In this document: piece by piece, positions 1-24,908 of the stretch
Layout: each line of letters opens with the position of its first letter
Position numbering within the stretch: position 1 is the stretch's first letter
Source of the DNA: Tubiluchus corallicola
Lineage: Eukaryota > Animalia > Priapulida
Assembly: GCA_030141605.1 (NCBI GenBank)
Contig: JAQGDQ010000129.1
Location: 442,781 to 506,780 of the forward strand
Length of the DNA stretch: 64,000 nt
Direction: 5' to 3'
The notes under the pieces: model-generated
The model's input: only the letters and a program-made list of their open reading frames with translations
Told to the model about the DNA's origin: nothing
Database searches by the model: none
Program-made: the position numbers and the translations under genes

Positions 1-1748
1 AGCAATTATTGTTGCGTAATGTTTTTAAGCAACGAACAATAAACGTCTGCCCAACATTTTGTTTTCTAGCCTCGCCGGTCAACTTTGCATACCACTAGCA
101 AGCATTTTTGAAATTTCTTTTCAAACACATGCCCTGCCTAGTCATTGGTCGTGTGCCAACAACGCCCCAGTATTTAAGAAAGGTGACCATGCAGACCCCC
201 TTAATTATCTTCCCATTAACTTGCGTAACTTGCAAGGTGATGGAAATTTGTATTAAAGGCGAACTGTTAGATTATCTGTTATTACATAATTTAATCTCTA
301 AATCTCAACATAATTTTATGAAAAACGGGTCTATATGAACACGGTTACTTGATTGTGTTAATGATTGGTGTAAAAGTGATAATAAAGGTTCGCAATTAGA
401 TGTGCTGTATGTTGATTATGCAAAGGCCTTTGATCCTTTGATAGCATTGCTCATTCAAAGCTTTTAACCAAATTCCAGTCTTATGGTGTTTCTGGTAATC
501 TTTTTGCATGGATCCGGGCATTTTTAAGTAATCGTACCCAAAGAGTTCTCGTAGGTCAAGATTTTTCTCAATATAGCCGTTATTTCTATTATTTCTGTTA
601 TTTCCCAATCTGTTATTTCTGGAACACCTCAAAGCAGTGTACTTAAACCAATTTTTTTGTTTATTATATTCATTAACTTTGTACCACAAGAATTAGCTGC
701 TATTACTTGTAGGCTATATGTTGACAATCTGATATTGTATGCCTCTGTTAACGACAACAATTCAAATGCTATTGAAACCTCGTCTGTTTGGTGTGCACAT
801 TAGCAGCTTTCTATATCTGCTCATAATTGCGCTATGTTCCACTTGGAACGCGGTAAACCTCAATTACAATATATCTTAAATGGAGTTACTTTGCCTGCTA
901 AAAATTAATATAAAGATCTAGGAATACCTTTCTGTTCAAACTTGTTTTCTAAATATGTTAAAGACCAAGTTGCCAAAGCCTTTTCACTGTTTCTCCATGA
1001 AGAACAAAAATACCCTCATGGCTGCTTACAAAGCCTATGTTATGCCACTACTTAAATATTGTACACCAGTGTGGTCTCCGCATCATATGCAGGACATTGA
1101 TGCTAAAGAGAGAGTTCAGCGACATTTTACATGCAGATTATTTGCCCATTGTCAACTTGGTGTTTTTGACTACGTGGACAGATTGCTTATTTTAGATTCA
1201 CAACCACTCAAAGTCAGAAGGATAATTTTTGATCTTAAGAAGGTTTATAAAATATGCCATAAATTAGTAGATTCGTCATTTGATGATTTCTTTTGTTATG
1301 CTCCTACCCTAAATTTGCGTGGTCACAATAGCAAATTGTTCAAACATTATTCTAGATTAGGTGTATACAAATATTTGTTCGCAAATAGAGTAGTCTGGAA
1401 TGATCTTAATTATGACATAATTAATACATCAAACATTGCCATTTTCAATAGCAGACTAACAAGCTGCAATTTTTAAAGCTACTGCCATTTTAATAATTTT
1501 ACGTAAGCTATTTTTTCTTTATTGTATGTAGTGTATCCCCATTTTAAGTTTCTTTTAAGGTTTTTAGGTTTTAAGTTTTTTTATTTATTGATGAAATTTT
1601 TACTGCTAATGTATTTGATTATAACTGTGATTGTAAATGTATTGCAAATTAGTTTATATTATATTATATGGCTAGCATAAGTGCTATGTGCCTGCTGTCA
1701 TTTTTCTTATAAAAATGTATTTTACAAAAGTAAAAAAAAAGTAAAAAA
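1..1748 (+). mobile_element. Decayed CR1-clade non-LTR retrotransposon (RT region, C-terminus and A-rich tail) inside MARS2 intron 2
   Basis: Frameshifted RT motifs: PVFKKGD..DPLNY, LTCVTCKVME, SQHNF, YVDYAKAFD, IRAFLSNRTQRV, YVDN (degenerate YADD), KDLGI. ORF 955-1476 has CR1 C-terminal motifs (YCTPVWSP, ERVQRHFT, LRGHNSKL, FANRVV.WN). A-rich tail at about 1726-1748. Multiple stops and frameshifts. Confidence 0.9.
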
Positions 1749-2043
1749 TTCTTGCTGCAAACCAATATCTAGCACTCATTAACTTTTATATAACACAACC
1801 TGAATCAAACTGAAATAGACCGGAATAATTCTGAACTCAAGAATAATCCTCTAAAATGAAATACTGTTCAAATCGGCATATTCGTATATGCAAACATCGT
1901 ACAGGAATTAGACAGAAACAGTATAGCAGAGAAGTCCAACAGCAGCAGTGTTTCCAGTGATCACTACTGCATTTACTAAAAAGGTTAGGCACAATATAAT
2001 TATGATACCCAAGAACATATAATCAAGCAAGGCCAATAGTTAC

Positions 2044-3837
2044 CTTTAAGCCATGCTCGTCAGTACCAGTAGAAAACAAAGTGTCATCACAAAGAAAGCG
2101 GTGCCATCTGTGGGCTGCATCAGCAATTACAGCTGAATACAGGTGACCAATGTGTGGAGCTAGAAAAAAGTGAAAAAGGGAAAAAATGTCAGCCACCAAA
2201 ACTAAATCCTGTAAATAAACAATATGTAAGAGCAATGTTTTAGGACTCTTATACTCTGTAAGTCGTATACTGCCCTCACACATGAATTATATCCCTTTTG
2301 TTGGGTTTACAATTACAGTAGTCGCCGCTTAATAGACTCACTTTGGGACCGATGTGTTTTGACTCAATTAACCAACTGAACCGTTTAACTGATTGGTATA
2401 GTATTACAGGTATAGAAGTATGAGTCATCAGCTTACTATGCACTACAACGGTTTTTAATGAATTTTAGAAACGAACTAGTCCCTTAATTCGTTTGTGCAG
2501 TTAAAAATTAGAAAAAGTATTTTAAAATATTAATTTATATAAATGAATTAGCAATAAGTTAAAAAGTATACTTTTCTAAATCACAGACTTTTCTAAGTCT
2601 GTTTATTTGCAAAAATTACAAAAATTCCTTCAACGTCGGCTACTTCATTTTTTCCTGAACAAGTTGGCCCACAAAGTCCTCCTAATTATAGAAACGTTGA
2701 AAATCTGTTGTTGTGCATGACTAAAACAGTTCTGAATCGTCTGTTCTTATTTGTTGTACGATGTTTACTCTTGTAAGTTACACTGGCTGATTACTGTACC
2801 TGCATGTTTGACTGTTAACTCATAAAGCCCGAAAGCGTGATTTGCAACTAGAACATCAAAAGCAAACTGCTAGGCAACTGATTAAATGTTTAGCTTCCAG
2901 AAATTCTTTGAGTAATGAGGTTAATTGCAGTGGGCGAGCGGATAACAGTTTCAAAGCAAAACCGCTATTAGCGCATGATAAACGTACCTGTTTACAAACA
3001 AAACGGTACTTAATATGATTGTTTCTAGATATATAATGCACAAAAGGGAAGTAAAGATGACATAAAAGTACGAAAAACTGTTTGGTACATACAAATGCCT
3101 TATTTTAAGTATTGGAAAGGAAGGTATTAAGTAAGGAAAAATATTGAGTCAATTAAGTGAAGTTATTTGAGTCAATTGCTGATAGTTTTTATGTATATTT
3201 GAATAGAAGCAGGCTGTTCCGGGCGGTTTTGAGACAATTGCGATTGAGTCTATTAACCGTGAGTCTATTAAGTGGCGACTACTGTATATCAATGATAACA
3301 GCAAGCATTTTGTGAATGAACAAAACCTTCTAATCTATCATCCACAAACTACAATATACTCTCCATTATTTATTGTACATCTGCTCAGCAAATCAACTAT
3401 TGGTCAGCAGAGGCAACAAAAGATGCACATAATTAAATACCTCAGTAAACATACTTAGAAAGACATTACTGGTTCAGAGTGGCAAAGGTGTAAGTAGCTG
3501 AAATCCACATAAATGCAATATTAGAACTACATCATCTTAAGTGTAAAAGTGGCTTGCAACAAATAATTCTTTCACACAATAATGCAGAAAGATCAGATTG
3601 TAACAGTATCAGTTTTAAATTATTACTATCATAAAGGTGAAATTAATTCCCTGTAAGAGCCTTACCTGCATTTACATAAAAAATTGGCGTTGTTATGAAG
3701 AACTTTTTGTTAGTAGAAGAGGTGCATGTTGTTGTACTTGCAGCAGCAAATGTAAACTGGCAGACATTATGGCATCCAACTAAGCAACGTCTAGATGTTA
3801 TTCCAACCAAGGTTACGAAATTAAAACAGCATGTCAT
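2044..3837 (-). CDS. MARS2: Mitochondrial methionyl-tRNA synthetase, first two coding exons (gene continues past the left edge)
   Basis: Exon 1 is 3837-3666 (ATG, presequence-like leader lacking acidic residues, then [12 protein letters not shown]; donor G|GTAAG). Exon 2 is 2159-2044 (TTTCTAG|, [26 protein letters not shown]|GTAAC). The class I HIGH motif and MetRS TGTDEHG are present and the phases join. Choice of start codon is inferred. Confidence 0.9.
2316..3284. mobile_element. Non-autonomous Tc1/mariner-pogo-type MITE, family A copy 1 (MARS2 intron 1)
   Basis: 25-bp TIR CAGTAGTCGCCGCTTAATAGACTCA / TGAGTCTATTAAGTGGCGACTACTG (1 mismatch), flanked by TA on both sides. Homologous to 8858-8999, 44987-45713 and 58087-58883. 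Confidence 0.9.
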
Positions 3838-4482
3838 GGTGTCACCAATGCACACACGTAGCCAGCTTTGTAAAGTTGGCTTCTTTGGCTTCAACAATCA
3901 GCATCAGTGCGTTACTTTTATAGTCGTAGTTAAGCCATTATACATGGTTAACAATGCGCTATTAATATATCAAATTGTGAAAGACTGGACTTTTACAAGA
4001 TGTTATCCGTCACAAAAGCATAAAAATTTTTTTTTACACAATCAAATAATTTAATACTGTATAAATATTATAACATCGCATGTATACTAATAAAACTAAT
4101 ACAGTACACTTGTAAATTTCTTAATGGCCGTAAGATTAACAAGTAACCTTTGCACTTCAGATGATTATCGGATTAACGCACGAATCATTCAGAGTCTCCA
4201 ATAGTTCGAGGTTTTAGTTCTTTGCGCATTGACCAGCTTACAGGGAATATCAACCAGTGCGCTGAAATGCGACGTAGCCAGTTTAAAAAATTAACAATGA
4301 AACGAGCTAAACATAAACGAACAGTTTATACTACAATCCGCAAACTTACTATACAATTCAAGCGCACGCGAATTTCACGAAAACGATTTACAACAATATG
4401 GGGTATCACCGATAGAAGGAAACCGCAGGAAATAGAGATGACGCCTCTTGCCGCACATGGACAGAATGAAAAGAGTTGTTCA

Positions 4483-5418
4483 TATTGGGCGCCGAGTAAT
4501 CCATTAGCCGAAGTAGGACAATTAGCGTATATGGGCTAGCCCAAGTAGGACGCGTCGTACACGGACTAGCCCAAGTAGGACGTGTCATACATGGGCTGCC
4601 CAAGTGGGACACTAGAGATAGGTCGCGAATTGAGTTGTTAAGCGTACTAGCACCGTCCGTTAAAAACGTCAATGCACGTTGAATTTATTATACATCTGAT
4701 GAAATAAAAGAATTTTATTCTGAGCTGGTTGAACAGACAATATTAAATTTGGCTTCGATATTAATGTTGTTGAAGTGAAATAAACCCACTTTTTAGGAGA
4801 TTTCAACATTTGTTTAAGGTATATCATTCTTTATTTTGTCTCGCTTTACAGGCGGGTGATCCGTTTCACTACTTTTTCGACAAATAATTGTTTTCTCCTA
4901 AGTAAACGTTCTAGCGACCTATGTGTCCTCCCTGGGCTTTCGAGCCATGTACAACAGTACTCTACATGTTACAATACTATTGATATTATTAAAACCTTTG
5001 TCTTTGCTTTTTCTAAAAAGTTAAAAATTACTTTATCGTGTTGTGAAGGCTAGCAGCATCTGTCTCATTTTTAAACTTGCAATTATTTCTGTAATAACTG
5101 TGTGCATAGTTTCTGTCTTTAAAACATTAGGTATTTAGTTTAATGTTATGATGATTTTAATGAAGCTAATAATACTGATGATACTATTGTAAAAATACAT
5201 TAATTTTGTAAATTGTCATCCATCATTATTATAAAGTTACTTTTTCTTTAAAAAAATCAATTTTATGTTATATTGTCATCATAATTCTCGATTCTTGACG
5301 AAAATCGCTAGTGCCCTACTTGTGCTGCCCATGTACGGCACAGCTTTTCTGCAAATTTAGCACATGCGTTTTACCGGAAGTGTCCTACTTGGGCTAGTGG
5401 ATAACTCGGCGCCCTACA
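4483..5418. mobile_element. Non-autonomous TIR DNA element (family B copy 1) with ~30-bp subterminal repeats and 5-bp TSD
   Basis: Imperfect TIR GGGCGCCGAGTAATCCATTAGCCGAAGTAGGACA (4487-4520) vs TGTCCTACTTGGGCTAGTGGATAACTCGGCGCCC (ends 5414), extendable to TATTGGG...CCCTACA. GTTCA is duplicated at 4478-4482 and 5419-5423. Four TAGCCCAAGTAGGAC-core units at 4505-4610. Second copy at about 33795-34474. Confidence 0.85.
5373..5382 (+). promoter_or_regulatory. ETS/GABP-type motif ACCGGAAGTG upstream of GLRX3
   Basis: Exact ETS consensus about 170 bp upstream of the GLRX3 ATG, inside the right end of the family B element. Function not shown. Confidence 0.35.
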
Positions 5419-5553
5419 GTTCAAACTCGAATCACTACGCTTAGATGAAAATTTTGTAGCCAGCATTTTCTGTAAAGAAATCTCATTGTATCACTTTAAG
5501 CAGTTTTTGTACAACGTGCAGAAATCACATAGATTCAATTTGATTTCGACTTG

Positions 5554-6534
5554 ATGGCTGCCACAGTAGAAACTGTAGAGAAGTTTGATCAGCTGCTAAA
5601 AGATGAAAGTAATTCATTGCATGTCGTTCATTTCAGCGCGGCGTGGACACCACAATGCAAACAAATGGATGATGTCATTTCTGAGCTGGCAAAGGATTTA
5701 TCCTTGTCAACGATTAAATTCGTGAAACTGGAAGCAGAAGATGTACCAGAGTTGTCTATCAGATATAAAGTTGAAGCAGTGCCCACTTTCATATTTTTAA
5801 AATCTGGACAACAAGTCGATCGTATAGATGGTGCACATGCATCAGAACTGACCAAAAAGGCGAAAGCTTTGGCTTCCGGTTCTTACCTAACAACTTCTAA
5901 ACCAAATTTACCAGCCACTGAGGATATTAATGTGCGGATAAAAAAATTACTCAACATGGCTCCGTGTATGCTGTTTATGAAAGGCACGGTTGAGGAGCCA
6001 CGATGTGGCTTTAGCAGACAGATGGTGTCACTGCTTAATGAACAGAAGATCAATTACAGTACCTTTAACATTCTTGCTGATGAAGAAATTCGTCAAGGCC
6101 TGAAGCTGTATTCAAACTGGCCGACGTATCCACAGCTGTATATCAATGGTGAGCTAATTGGTGGCCTTGACATTGTTAAGGAAATGATTGCTAATGGTGA
6201 TTTAGAGAGTATTGTACCAAAGAAACAAGATCTTAATGAAAGATTAAAGGAACTAATAAATGGTTCCACCGTAATGGTTTTCATGAAAGGAAAACCTGAT
6301 GAGCCACGCTGTGGATTCAGCCGTACACTCATTGACTTGCTGAATTCCGCAAATGTTGATTACAAGACATTTGATATTCTCCAAGATGAAGAAGTCCGTC
6401 AGGGATTGAAAATCTTTAGCGAGTGGCCAACTTATCCACAAGTGTACGTAAATGGCGAACTATTAGGTGGTTTAGACTTTATTAAGGAGTTGAAGCAATC
6501 TGAATTAGAATCAATTCTTAAACCGAACATTTAA
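5554..6534 (+). CDS. GLRX3: Glutaredoxin-3 (PICOT), intronless, 326 aa
   Basis: Single ORF (ATG 5554). N-terminal thioredoxin-like domain (WTPQC; WAPQC in vertebrates) followed by two monothiol Grx domains, each with PRCGFSR and WPTYPQ.Y.NGEL.GGLD. Confidence 0.96.
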   Translation: MAATVETVEKFDQLLKDESNSLHVVHFSAAWTPQCKQMDDVISELAKDLSLSTIKFVKLEAEDVPELSIRYKVEAVPTFIFLKSGQQVDRIDGAHASELTKKAKALASGSYLTTSKPNLPATEDINVRIKKLLNMAPCMLFMKGTVEEPRCGFSRQMVSLLNEQKINYSTFNILADEEIRQGLKLYSNWPTYPQLYINGELIGGLDIVKEMIANGDLESIVPKKQDLNERLKELINGSTVMVFMKGKPDEPRCGFSRTLIDLLNSANVDYKTFDILQDEEVRQGLKIFSEWPTYPQVYVNGELLGGLDFIKELKQSELESILKPNI

Positions 6535-7798
6535 ATTGGAAATTCTCGAGTTCTATCTGTAGGGTGTTTGCAGAAAGCTCAAAGGTATTTTAATTAGAAT
6601 AGAGATTTACATAGAAACCTATCAAACATGATGAAAAATCATTGTATTATTCTGAATATCCCAATATTTTCAGATTTACAATAGTGTGCGATGCTACTCT
6701 TTTTTACTCTCTGTAAACAGATTAGTCTATTACTTTCAGTCATAGTTACCAAAAACTTAGCTGTCTAGACTGCATTTCCACTGAATATAATGTTTTTACT
6801 ACATGCATTCATGTTTGTTCTATAATACTGTTCTGTATATCCAATATTTTGGACATGCTTATACAAAAAAAAGAAATGTTTAAATTTGATTTGCATTTTT
6901 GGTTTTTCCTGTAATCGTGCTCATCCAAAAATGTACTGCTTACATTTGGTCTGCATTTTAGCATTCTCCTGCAAGTTTGCTTGTCAATTAATTAGTTTGT
7001 ATCAGTTTGTTCAAGTCAGTGTTTAACTGTGATAAACCGTACTGATGTCTAATTATTATGGACATATTTTGTACAAACAAATTTTACACAGAACTCAGTC
7101 ACTACAACAAAATATTTAGTCTAATGTAAATTTTATTGTAAAAATCATACAACTTGCAAAAAATTGATAAAATTGCTGCAAGAACAACAAGATAGAACAG
7201 AACAGAAGATCTACATCTAACCACAGTCCTTGGGGGGGGGGGAAGTGTCCTATGGCTTATTCTAGTTATCATGTAATGTCTTATCTTGTCTCATTTTAGG
7301 AATATTTGTCTCAATATTTCATTTATCATCTACACCTGTTGCTCGAGTCATTCGTAAGAAGAAAAAGGAAAACACTGGATATTTATGCATGTATAACTCC
7401 TGTAAAAAATGGTCTAGATTTTCTTTGAAAAACCAAAAGGGCATGCATATTCCAAAAGTTTGTTCATAAAAGTTTGTAGCAACTATTTTTTTCGAAACAG
7501 CATAGTTTAACAGAACTATGGCACTATTACAATTTTCAAGTATATGTACACGCTATAAATGAATTTAAGGTTAGTTCAGTTTTCAGTTTTCTCATATTGA
7601 TTCTGATGTGCTTGCTCCTAGTACTAGGGATAATCTTGCTTGAGAAATGACATGTACTGGCACAGTATAAGTAATGTATGTCAGACAGAAAAAATAAACA
7701 CAAACAAAATATGTAATTTTGTTTTTGCCTGGAACGTTATATACAAAGTTTACCATTTACGCAGGTAATATTGACATTTGTAACATACAATATGTAAT

Positions 7799-22229
<14,431 letters not shown>

Positions 22230-23162
22230 GGCAAAATTTATAGGATAACTTGAGTTTACTGCACACAAAATATCTAACAAAACAAAGATATCTGTTAAAT
22301 ATTAGTATTCCTAAAGCACAAAACCTCCATAGATGATAATATTTTTATTTTGGTAACTACATCAAGTAACCAAAAAACAAGTGCAAATAACATTTATACT
22401 CCTACTTCATGGAACATTTTAATTTTGGAAATGGAATAATTTCGTATGCAAACACACTTAAATCAAGCTCAAAAAACAATTCAATTTTCCATTTAGTTTA
22501 TTGCTCTAACAATATTGGCAACACAGGTAAAACAAAAACTTGCAAGACAAAACCGCATAATATAAAGTGCTATGGATGTACCCAACCATACTCATGAACA
22601 TAGAAGTGCCCGTCTAGTTTGACATACATTATCTCTAAAAAAAAATTGTCTGTGAACGTAACATTAAGAAACTGGTGTAGAATTTCATTAATTTATTGAA
22701 AATAATTATAATATTGGCTCTATGATCAAGATCGTCAAATTACCATCATTAGAAATATCTATCTAAAAGTAACATTAATCTTTTTTAAGATTTCCACGTA
22801 CAGTTTGGGCTATGCTTTCAAAATTATTGTGTGGTGTAATTTGCACTTGTTGGCTGCTAAAGACTCTTTATTTGTATTTTCTGGACTATATTTCACTTGT
22901 ATTTACTTTACTCGATAATTATCTGTATTTTAGTGATAATTGTAAGATGCAGTGTGGAAATGAATAAACTCTTGAACATAATATTGCATTGTTATTATAC
23001 ATATTTCCAGCACCCCTGATAATATAAAGAACATGTACAATTTTATGCTTGCATAATATTAAAGTGGATCTACACTAGCATTATAATCACGTATCTGCCC
23101 TATTGCATCTTGGCAATGCTAAAGGTAATAATACATCTGCGTTCACGACATACGTACACAAT

Positions 23163-23275
23163 TTTCAATTCAATTCAGTTTTATTTGCACAAATACATAC
23201 AATGTACATTGGCAAAGCAATACACGTTAAATACTACATAAACCGAACAAAATTTCAATAGGCTGTGTGTAAAGT
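23163..23275 (-). repeat. LINE/SINE 3'-end fragment with (TTGAA)n-type tail; near-identical copy at ~32035-32152, diverged copy at ~57025-57075
   Basis: Shared ...TTTATTTGC.CAAATA.ATACAATGTACATTGGCAAAGCAATACACGTTAAATACTACATAAA...ATAGGCTGTGTGTAAAGT. On the minus strand, AATAAA is followed by TGAAT repeats. Confidence 0.7.
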
Positions 23276-23669
23276 TATTTTCGCAGACAAATGTTAAGAT
23301 ATTCATAGCAAAATATTATTTACATGTTACCCATGGACAAATAATATTACATGTTATTTTCATAGACGAATGTTAACATAACGCTTAGCGTCTAGGATGG
23401 AGCCACAGTACGGCTGAGTATAATGAGTTTCAGTTTATATTTGACTCTCGTACGAATAAAGCAGGACGCACAGGAGCTGCTACTTTTGACTTCAATGGGG
23501 CGTAATGTTCGGGCACTGCGCTGTACCGGACCTGTACGAAAAAAATTATCGGGTTCGGTACCGAACCTCTAAATACGTTGTAAAAATAGTGCTATAAACT
23601 AAAAACAACAAACCACTGAATAACGTACGAAATCAAATCCTTACTTCAAAAGTTGTAAGAGTACATATA

Positions 23670-24470
23670 AAAAATGCTTTCAACATACTCCTGTTGAAAC
23701 GACTCAAGATTGGGGGCACTAACTTTCGTACAACACGGTTGGAGAAAAAGTGCTTTTTTATATTTGTGTATAAATATCTGATACGTAGTTTTGTTCACGA
23801 CCACGTAACTCTCTAAGAGGACGTTCAAAGAAATCATTCGGATCGTAACCGTGTTCTCATTCAATATTTTGAACATGTTGACAAGATCAATTGTGTCACG
23901 TCTCTCTTCTAAAGCAGATATATTGTCAAGATCCAGATTGCTAGCAAGACATAGACATCTTTGTTGAACCTTTTCCAACTTTCCTTTAAAAGATACGTAT
24001 TGTAGAGCCTAAACAACGACTGAATACTCCAGCAGGTGTCGGTAGAGCCTCATAAATAGGTACAATAACTGATGACTCACGACATACAATTTGTCTTCTA
24101 ATGATGCCAATTCCTTGCTTAGCATTCTTTATAATATGAATAATACGAACACTAAATTTCAGTGAATCGGATATGTAAACCCCGAGATCTCAGACTTTAT
24201 CAACTTGAGGTATCATACCATTACATAAAGTACAAAAAGTGTCAACATTGGCCTGTCTAACCCTGAGCAAAGCATACTTAACAGGTTTCAACGAAAGCAG
24301 CCATTGATCAGACCAAGATTCAATACTGTCAAGGTCTATCTGTAACATATCAGAGACATGTTCGACTTAAACTGCCTGTATAATTTAACATCATCAACAA
24401 ACGTGCTAATAGATGAACTAACATACTCCGTCAGATCACGTATAATATAAAACAATACTTAGGGACCGCT
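23670..24470 (-). mobile_element. Decayed 5'-truncated CR1-clade LINE in the first U2SURP intron
   Basis: Minus-strand remnants: SSISTFVDDVKLYR (FADD motif), LQIDLDSIESWSDQWLL, DLGVYISDSLKFS, RHLLEYS, LEKVQQR, LEERRDTIDLVNMFKIL. Stops and frameshifts throughout. Confidence 0.85.
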
Positions 24471-24579
24471 AAGTCAAAAAAGACAAAAGAACTAACACTT
24501 GTTTGATACCACATATCAGTTGTAATTTCGCACAATTTCCTCTTCTGAGCGCTTGAGTTTAAAATTATTAACACTTACA

Positions 24580-24908
24580 AACTGCTCATAAATTTATTAT
24601 CGCAATAATATGATAGTCACGACATGAACTAAAACCGCAAACGCCAAAACCGGCCATAATGCATTTTCTACTTTTCTGCAAAACAATTAAACAGCAGATT
24701 TTCAAAACAGCACAAAATGACGAATTTAAAATTAGCAAGTTACTTTATTAAACAAATATCTAAAAAAATGTGGCACAGCGAACATGTGCTTAAATTTGTT
24801 TTAATGCAGCACCAATTAGCAAGAGTTTATATAATTACACAGAAATGTGGAATAAGCGTTATAACCGTTTTTTGCATACAGTCACTTCTGGTGGCGTTGC
24901 AGTCGAAA
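24580..24908. promoter_or_regulatory. Probable bidirectional promoter shared by U2SURP (-) and TPP2 (+)
   Basis: A minus-strand GTAAGT donor at 24578 lies about 330 bp from the TPP2 ATG. CpG-containing stretch with a YY1-like CGGCCAT (24651) and an ETS-like CACTTCTGG (24883). TSSs are inferred. Confidence 0.5.

Noticed and set aside
955-1476. 173-aa ORF as a host gene
   Set aside because: It is the C-terminal part of the broken CR1 ORF2.
4505-4610. ~30-bp periodic repeat resembling a CRISPR array; ORFs 4222-4539 and 4406-4672 (TRPTWASP repeats)
   Set aside because: The 'spacers' are homologous to each other, the context is eukaryotic, and there are no cas genes. These are TE subterminal repeats and the ORFs are by-products.
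5628-6441. Minus-strand ORFs over GLRX3 (likewise those over TPP2 at 26205-29997)
   Set aside because: Antisense shadows of real coding sequence with no recognisable motifs.
7232-7242. Poly-G runs here and at ~41195-41210 as G-quadruplex elements
   Set aside because: Simple homopolymers adjoining repeat remnants. Nothing supports function.
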